DNA of 64,000 nucleotides from a virus (Duplodnaviria; Heunggongvirae; Uroviricota; Caudoviricetes): IMG/VR virus record IMGVR_UViG_3300029702_000002; one strand, 5' to 3'. Shown piece by piece: positions 58,423 to 64,000 of this stretch (position 1 is its first letter; each line of letters starts with the position of its first letter). The notes under the pieces were generated by a model. It saw only the letters and a program-made list of their open reading frames with translations, ran no database searches and was not told where the DNA came from. The position numbers and the translations under genes were made by a program.

Positions 58423-59190
58423 ATGGACGATTTATCGGTATACGCGAGATCATTGGATAAGGCTAAATACTATGTTTACTGTCTCTATGATACAGAAGAC
58501 AAGATGAAAAGACCGTTTTACATAGGAAAAGGCAAATCGACTCGTTGTCTCGATCACATCAAGTATCCCGATGACTCTCCCAAATCCATGCGGATCAAAG
58601 AACTTTTGGCTAATAAAAAATTAGGCATAGATATACTTCGTCATGGTATGGATGAAACCACAGCCAAACTTGTTGAGGCGACATGCATCGACCTTATGGG
58701 GGTCGGAGAGCTTACGAATAAGGTACGAGGAAGTGGTTCCATGATGGGCAGAATATCACTGGACGCCTACCATCACTTAGTGCTGCAAGAGGAAACTGAA
58801 ATTGCTCCTGAGCACGCCGGTCTTGCCTTCCTGCTAAACAGCACCTACAAGTCAGGAATGTCCGCTCTGGCATTATATGAAGCTACGCGTGGCGTATGGG
58901 CAAAGGTTCCAAGAGACGAGAATCTCAAATATGCCTACGCTACATATGGTGGGCTGATAATGGAAGTTTATCAGATTGAATGCTGGGTCAAAGCCGGTTC
59001 TCAGCAGTACTTTACAAGGGATATAGCTCTTGGCCCCGACACAAAACGTTATGAATTTGTTGGCAGAATAGCCGATGAGCATATTAGAAAACTGTATGTA
59101 GGCAAATTAATCAAGAAGCCACCAAGCTACGGTAGCCCTTTTGTGAAGGTTGGGGTGGTTAGGACTGAACATAGTGTTAGCGCGGCATAA
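58423..59190 (+). CDS. GIY-YIG domain protein (free-standing endonuclease-like)
   Basis: YYVYCLYD ... FYIGKGK..R resembles GIY-(x10)-YIG with conserved Arg. Confidence 0.55.
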   Translation: MDDLSVYARSLDKAKYYVYCLYDTEDKMKRPFYIGKGKSTRCLDHIKYPDDSPKSMRIKELLANKKLGIDILRHGMDETTAKLVEATCIDLMGVGELTNKVRGSGSMMGRISLDAYHHLVLQEETEIAPEHAGLAFLLNSTYKSGMSALALYEATRGVWAKVPRDENLKYAYATYGGLIMEVYQIECWVKAGSQQYFTRDIALGPDTKRYEFVGRIADEHIRKLYVGKLIKKPPSYGSPFVKVGVVRTEHSVSAA

Positions 59191-59242
59191 AGCTGACACT
59201 GTAGTTATGCATTGGCGCAATGTACGCGCCAATGCATGATTT

Positions 59243-59602
59243 TTAACCTTTCTTCATCAACTCTCGTTTGATTTCATCGGTACGCATCGTGACATCGGCA
59301 GCGGTGATCGCCTCATTCAATTTCACGATGTCCTCGATTTCCTGCGGTGACTTCTCTGCCAGATGGAAAATGGCTGCTCGAATCACGTCAGAACGAGTGA
59401 ACTTCTCGAAGCGAGGGATGAACTTCATCATCTCCAGCAGTTCGAAGTATTCGTCCTCCAGTGACATTGTGCGGCTTTTAATTTTCTCTTTGCCACGAGT
59501 CGGGCGTCCCTGTGGTCTGACTGGTTGGCGCAAAGGAGTTGTGTTCTTAGCCGGTGCATCAGGCTCTTTGCGCTTTGCTAGGTCACCCATTTTCATGGAC
59601 AT
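59243..59602 (-). CDS. small partition / centromere-binding protein (ParG-like)
   Basis: Basic disordered N-terminus, helical C-terminus; directly downstream of and coupled to parA. Confidence 0.5.
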   Translation of the reverse strand: MSMKMGDLAKRKEPDAPAKNTTPLRQPVRPQGRPTRGKEKIKSRTMSLEDEYFELLEMMKFIPRFEKFTRSDVIRAAIFHLAEKSPQEIEDIVKLNEAITAADVTMRTDEIKRELMKKG

Positions 59603-60270
59603 TATTCTTCTTCCTCCAGACTCAACAGATAATCTACAAATTCTTCAAACTCGGCTTCCGCCTTTTTGTCGCGCTCGCTACCGGTCATTTCAAAGATAGA
59701 ACGACCAGACTCTTCCGCATCATCATAGACGTTGCGGTTATATAGATTGACTGGCGCAGACTCGATTCCAAACGTCTCAACAATCTCTTTAGCCGCCAGA
59801 ATGCGAGACACTTGTGATGGCAAAGCCGGGCACTGGTTCATGACCGCGCGGACCTTCACTTTATCGTTTACATTGCGAACATTGTCGATAATAGGATCGA
59901 TGTCACGTAAAGATTTCAAATCACGACGCTTAGGACGCAGCGGGATAATGATAACGTCAGCCATCAGCATCGCTTGTCGCTGAATTTCGGAGTCGAAGCC
60001 ACCAGCATCTACCACTACAAACTCAGCTCTACCCTGAAGCGATTTTAGGTGCTTAATGATGTCATCCTGAACGTATGCAAAAGGAATCAGCTCCAGGTCT
60101 TCGTTCTGTCGACGGTCTTCACACCAGCTCGTTGTCGTGCGCTGAATATCTATATCGGTAATATAAACCTTCTTCTTCTTTTTGACTTTCAGGCAAACGG
60201 CAATTTGCTGGGCAACGGTGGATTTGCCAGGCCCGCCCTTTGTGCCGCCAACCACAAAGATCTTGGTCAT
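59602..60270 (-). CDS. parA: ParA/ParF-type partition ATPase
   Basis: Deviant Walker A GGTKGGPGKST; 222 aa. Confidence 0.85.
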   Translation of the reverse strand: MTKIFVVGGTKGGPGKSTVAQQIAVCLKVKKKKKVYITDIDIQRTTTSWCEDRRQNEDLELIPFAYVQDDIIKHLKSLQGRAEFVVVDAGGFDSEIQRQAMLMADVIIIPLRPKRRDLKSLRDIDPIIDNVRNVNDKVKVRAVMNQCPALPSQVSRILAAKEIVETFGIESAPVNLYNRNVYDDAEESGRSIFEMTGSERDKKAEAEFEEFVDYLLSLEEEE

Positions 60271-60588
60271 TGGAGAGTTCCCTTTGCGTATATAATTATC
60301 GTCTGAAACAACTTGTTTTCTTATATGTGATATAGCCTAAATGCCTACGGCTGCGGTGTAAAGGTTAAATGGTAGGTTGTGATTAACAATTGGCAAACAT
60401 AGCTTGTATTTGTCTGTTGAAAAAAGTAACAATGACCTCTATATTACAAGTACGGTGATATGCCGTACACAATTTGATAATGCACACGTAATGGGCTATA
60501 GCCTTTTAAAGTAATTTTTGAGTCGAAAACTCAGTTTGAACAGAGGAGATTGATGGCCTTCCTACATCACGGCCATCAGGAGGAATAC

Positions 60589-60858
60589 ATGTCAGCACTA
60601 AAAAAGCAGCGCATCGATTTGAGATTAACCGATGACGATAAAAGCATCATCGAGGAAGCTGCCGCAATGTCTAACCAGAGCATTACTCAGTTTATGGTTA
60701 GCAGTGCATCTGAACGTGCCGTGAAAGTTATAGAGCAACACCGTAGACTAGTTCTGAATGAAGAATCCTGGAATCTGGTTATGGACGCTATAAGCAATCC
60801 TCCGGCACCGAACGACAAGCTGAAACGAGCTGCTGATCGTCTGAAAAGCATGGAGTAG
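60589..60858 (+). CDS. DUF1778-type (TacA-like) antitoxin; start at ATG 60589 after AGGAGG
   Basis: RIDLRLTDDDKSIIEEAAAMSNQSITQFMVSSASERA pattern; directly upstream of GNAT gene. Confidence 0.7.
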   Translation: MSALKKQRIDLRLTDDDKSIIEEAAAMSNQSITQFMVSSASERAVKVIEQHRRLVLNEESWNLVMDAISNPPAPNDKLKRAADRLKSME

Positions 60859-60865
60859 TTTACTC

Positions 60866-61387
60866 GTGGATAATATAAAGATAGAAATTTTCTCTGGAGA
60901 GAAAGATTATGATTTGAATGGTTTTGATTGCGGTGAAGAATCACTAAATGCCTTTTTAACCAACCACTTAAAAAGGCAGCATGAGGGAAAAATTCTTCGC
61001 GCTTATGTGCTTTGCACGAAAGAAGGCAGACCAAAAGTGTTAGGGTATTACACTTTGTCAGGTAGCTGCTTTGAAAAGGAGTCCTTACCTTCAAGAAGCC
61101 AGCAAAAGAAGGTACCTTATCGGAATGTTCCAAGTGTTACTTTGGGTAGGCTGGCTTTGGACAAGTCCCTTCAAGGTCAAGGATTTGGCTCAATGCTTGT
61201 AACACATGCAATGCGCGTTGTGTACAATGCATCTCTTGCTGTAGGCATTCATGGACTTTTCGTTGAGGCGTTAAATGACAAAGCCAAGGCGTTTTATAAA
61301 AGTTTAGACTTTATCCAGCTGGTTGGTAACAACGAGCGTTCTTTGTTCTATCCTACAAAATCTATCGAAAAATTGTTCGAAGAATAA
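60866..61387 (+). CDS. GNAT-family acetyltransferase toxin (TacT-like)
   Basis: Acetyl-CoA motif QGQGFG; 173 aa; paired with DUF1778 gene. Confidence 0.7.
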   Translation: MDNIKIEIFSGEKDYDLNGFDCGEESLNAFLTNHLKRQHEGKILRAYVLCTKEGRPKVLGYYTLSGSCFEKESLPSRSQQKKVPYRNVPSVTLGRLALDKSLQGQGFGSMLVTHAMRVVYNASLAVGIHGLFVEALNDKAKAFYKSLDFIQLVGNNERSLFYPTKSIEKLFEE

Positions 61388-61418
61388 TGTACTCCCCTCA
61401 AGTGAGGGGAACTTCGCA

Positions 61419-61634
61419 TCACCAACCGCAAACTCTCTCTCCCATCGTATTGTGAAAAAGGATTTGGCGTTCGGTTTCTTCGGTCATCACATCATTATTG
61501 CTGATATAGATAGGCCCAGCTCCATCGCAGAACAATACGCTGGCGGTTTGTGGTTTAATGACGCACCCACTTATCATACAACTCACGATGAACGGCAGAA
61601 GCATCTTTCTGACGTATTTTATTGCTCGTCTCAT
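61419..61634 (-). CDS. o-spanin (Rz1-like lipoprotein)
   Basis: Lipobox ISGC; overlaps 3' end of i-spanin gene in another frame. Confidence 0.55.
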   Translation of the reverse strand: MRRAIKYVRKMLLPFIVSCMISGCVIKPQTASVLFCDGAGPIYISNNDVMTEETERQILFHNTMGERVCGW

Positions 61635-61806
61635 TCACCACTTCCACTGTGCTTTGAAGTCGTTTTCTGTCTTCCTGTTTTGCCTTCTCTTCCATTGCTC
61701 GTCGCGCCGCATTCCCGCCCATCGTGTAAGCGCCGACAAGAACGAAAAGAACGGCAGCCAGCGTAATCAAAGCAACTTTTAGCTTTGTCATCAGGCTGCC
61801 TAGCAT
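61555..61806 (-). CDS. i-spanin (Rz-like)
   Basis: N-terminal transmembrane helix then charged coiled-coil region; lysis cassette context. Confidence 0.55.
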   Translation of the reverse strand: MLGSLMTKLKVALITLAAVLFVLVGAYTMGGNAARRAMEEKAKQEDRKRLQSTVEVVNETSNKIRQKDASAVHRELYDKWVRH

Positions 61807-61807
61807 A

Positions 61808-62527
61808 TTAGACCATCCCTTTCTGGTATTTTCTTACCTGCGACCAGGCAATGAATCCTGCCACAACAATAGTGGCAATACCGAAGATGATGCGTACTGT
61901 ATCCCCGCTAGAGATATGACCTTGTGCTTTATCCATAGCAGCGGAAACCTGCGGCATAACATCGGCCAGCTGCGCCAGACCAATACCTGCTGTAACAGTT
62001 GCGCCTGCAGTTTCTTTAGTTACAGGAACAGCCTTCACGGTTTTCACCGGCTTAACAACGCCAGCTCGACGCAGACCTTCCTCAATAACTTCTGCCGCAT
62101 ACCAGGTGTTCAGCGTTTTTAGCGGGCCTCGGCCATTCTCGTGGCGAATGATTGCCTCAACCAAAGGTCGAAGGATGTCGTAATCATGCAGATCGATGAT
62201 CATGTCTGCGGTTACACCAACGGCTTTAGACACCTCATTAATGTAGGCGTCAGTATTGTTTTCATTCGGCGGTGCCCAGCGTTCAATAACTTCACGAATG
62301 GTATCGATACTTGTGCCGTCTTTTGCGCGACGTTTATCGTGGTAGGTAATTAGAGTCACCGCCAGCGCACGAATCCCCCAAACAGGGTCTTTAAACGTGC
62401 AAAAGCGCGGTTCGTCTGGATTCGCAACCAGACCTTGCCACGGTGATCCTTTATCAAGATTACCGGGGTTATTATTACGAATGCCTCTCGGAGTCTTCAT
62501 CCTTGATCTCCTGTTATTGCAGTCCAC
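61808..62527 (-). CDS. putative endolysin / peptidoglycan-targeting protein with C-terminal hydrophobic segment
   Basis: Position between holin-like and spanin genes; C-terminal hydrophobic helix; family not recognised. Confidence 0.4.
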   Translation of the reverse strand: MDCNNRRSRMKTPRGIRNNNPGNLDKGSPWQGLVANPDEPRFCTFKDPVWGIRALAVTLITYHDKRRAKDGTSIDTIREVIERWAPPNENNTDAYINEVSKAVGVTADMIIDLHDYDILRPLVEAIIRHENGRGPLKTLNTWYAAEVIEEGLRRAGVVKPVKTVKAVPVTKETAGATVTAGIGLAQLADVMPQVSAAMDKAQGHISSGDTVRIIFGIATIVVAGFIAWSQVRKYQKGMV

Positions 62528-62849
62528 TTTTTACGCCATACGCGGCTAACCCCAAAAGCAGTGCGGTAATAATGAACGACGTTATTTTAGAAACAATGCC
62601 GCCAAAGAACCCACTTGAGATGGAATCTAACCGGTTAAGGAGTTTGTCCAGATTGGAGTGTTGAATACTATGTTGCGCCGGGGTCATATCACCAAAGTAG
62701 GTTTTCAGCTGATCATTGACCTCCTGGCCAATTTCTTCACGTAGCTCTTTACCTAATTTGCCAACAACCTCCCGAGCAACGATCGCGGCAATACGCTCAA
62801 CTTGCTCTGTTGTAACGCCCGCCATCTCGTTCGACATGTTTTCCTCCAT
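62514..62849 (-). CDS. holin-like membrane protein
   Basis: C-terminal transmembrane helix; first gene of lysis cassette. Confidence 0.35.
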   Translation of the reverse strand: MEENMSNEMAGVTTEQVERIAAIVAREVVGKLGKELREEIGQEVNDQLKTYFGDMTPAQHSIQHSNLDKLLNRLDSISSGFFGGIVSKITSFIITALLLGLAAYGVKSGLQ

Positions 62850-63039
62850 GAAAAGTCAAATCGGGATGGCGGATTTATATCACACTTCTCCTTTCAATTA
62901 TAGGTATATACTTACCTATCTATGCATATGCCGTTTAACGGCTGTTCAAATTCGTATCTAGTAACTCACTAATATATCCCTATGATTGCGGCTGTGAGAT
63001 CGCATTTTAAACCTCACAGCCATATAAATAATGTCTAAA

Positions 63040-64000
63040 TCAGTTACTTGTTGCCCCAACAGTACCTGCAAATTTCAGCCATTGACCTGACGGACTTCTA
63101 TTACTACGGTAGTGATAAACGAGGATTGCGTTTGTAACTCCACCGTAGTCAGCTTTATGTGACGTTGTTAAACGAATTGTATAATCACCGTTAGGTAGAT
63201 TAAAAACTTCGATTATAGATTCTGCTAATTCTACAGCACCAAATCCCGTTATATTGTTGATACTGCCAGCATTGAATCCCATAGCATCGCCAAAGCCAAT
63301 CCAATAACTTTTGCTAAACGCCCCATTTGATTTTAGGTGGCTAATGAATGCGGACAAGCTCATGCCCATATCCCCACCTGAAACAGAGGAAGTTCGCACA
63401 GTCATGCTTGGAAGAGCACTGCTCTTCACATAGGAACTTAGAAGGTTTGTTACCTCTGTTTTCGTGTAAGCATTAAGGTTAGCCGCAGTCAAAGTTATAT
63501 CGGCAGAGCCATCAAACGCCACACCAGCAATTTTCCTTGCTGTCTGCAATTTTGTGGCGGTTGCGGCATTACCAGTAGTGTTCTGATTACCAGTTGTATT
63601 CACACCAGGGATTGAATCCTTAGCGGTATATACCTGCGCCCACGCTGACCATGCCGCACCTGTGTTATCTCTTCGTGAGCGAATGAAAACTGGCGCATGT
63701 GCACCGCTCGTACCACTCCAGCCAATAAGCAACTCTCCCTCACCAGCAGCACTCGCACCTTTCATGTGCAATACGTTGCCATACATGGTCGGGTAGCTAT
63801 TGTTGTACGCCTCATACATTTGAATGCCAGCAGTGCCTTGAGTAGAGCCGCTTAACGCCGTAACTCGGCCACGAGATACCAATGTATTAATATTGATATC
63901 GCCTGAACCATCAAACTTAACACCATTGATGTTTCTCGCTGTTTGCAACTTCGTAGCTGTTGAAGCATTACCGTTCAAACTACCATTTACGCCACCAGTC
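63040..64000 (-). CDS. tail fibre protein, partial (5' end beyond window edge)
   Basis: Repeated NAATATKLQTAR(K)I.GV.FDGS.DI motif; Gly/Ser/Thr-rich; frame open to window end. Confidence 0.7.
   Translation of the reverse strand, partial: TGGVNGSLNGNASTATKLQTARNINGVKFDGSGDININTLVSRGRVTALSGSTQGTAGIQMYEAYNNSYPTMYGNVLHMKGASAAGEGELLIGWSGTSGAHAPVFIRSRRDNTGAAWSAWAQVYTAKDSIPGVNTTGNQNTTGNAATATKLQTARKIAGVAFDGSADITLTAANLNAYTKTEVTNLLSSYVKSSALPSMTVRTSSVSGGDMGMSLSAFISHLKSNGAFSKSYWIGFGDAMGFNAGSINNITGFGAVELAESIIEVFNLPNGDYTIRLTTSHKADYGGVTNAILVYHYRSNRSPSGQWLKFAGTVGATSN

Noticed and set aside
1-64000. Initial impression of a T5-like virulent phage (RNase H, DHFR, thymidylate synthase, NrdAB, SbcCD, flap endonuclease, tRNAs)
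   Set aside because: The polymerase is DnaE-type, not family A, and the element carries a RepA/iteron origin, par genes, a toxin-antitoxin pair and an integrase; a phage-plasmid-like organisation is more consistent. Assignment to a named phage group could not be verified without a database search.

Overview
The window reads as a plasmid-like phage (phage-plasmid) genome segment, not a simple chromosomal region or a T5/T4-type virulent phage. Most genes are on the minus strand in tightly coupled operons with ATGA stop/start overlaps. Recognisable modules: (1) nucleotide metabolism (HD-domain ppGpp-hydrolase-like, RNase H, dNMP-kinase-like, DHFR, thymidylate synthase, NrdB, NrdA, glutaredoxin); (2) recombination/repair (RuvC-like resolvase, SbcC, SbcD, RecA/UvsX-like, T4 gp32-like SSB, FEN exonuclease, DNA ligase); (3) replication (DnaE-type Pol III alpha, DnaQ-like exonuclease, DnaG-like primase, DnaB-like helicase); (4) a plasmid maintenance backbone: RepA-type initiator flanked by iteron arrays with a DnaA box and GATC cluster, small ParA plus ParG-like partition pair, and a DUF1778/GNAT (TacA/TacT-like) toxin-antitoxin pair; (5) two orphan DNA adenine methyltransferases; (6) three tRNA genes (Ser-UGA, Thr-UGU, Asn-GUU); (7) a lysis cassette and the 3' part of a tail-fibre gene at the right edge. 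Plus-strand, lower-GC insertions carry candidate accessory genes: a PD-(D/E)xK-like protein, an integrase/HTH/HEPN-like locus beside the tRNAs, a secreted Sel1-repeat protein and a GIY-YIG protein. Several recurrent palindromic motifs and a hairpin-dense non-coding region are also visible. All calls come from reading the ORF translations and the DNA by eye; no database search or computation was run, so family assignments rest on recalled motifs and are graded accordingly.
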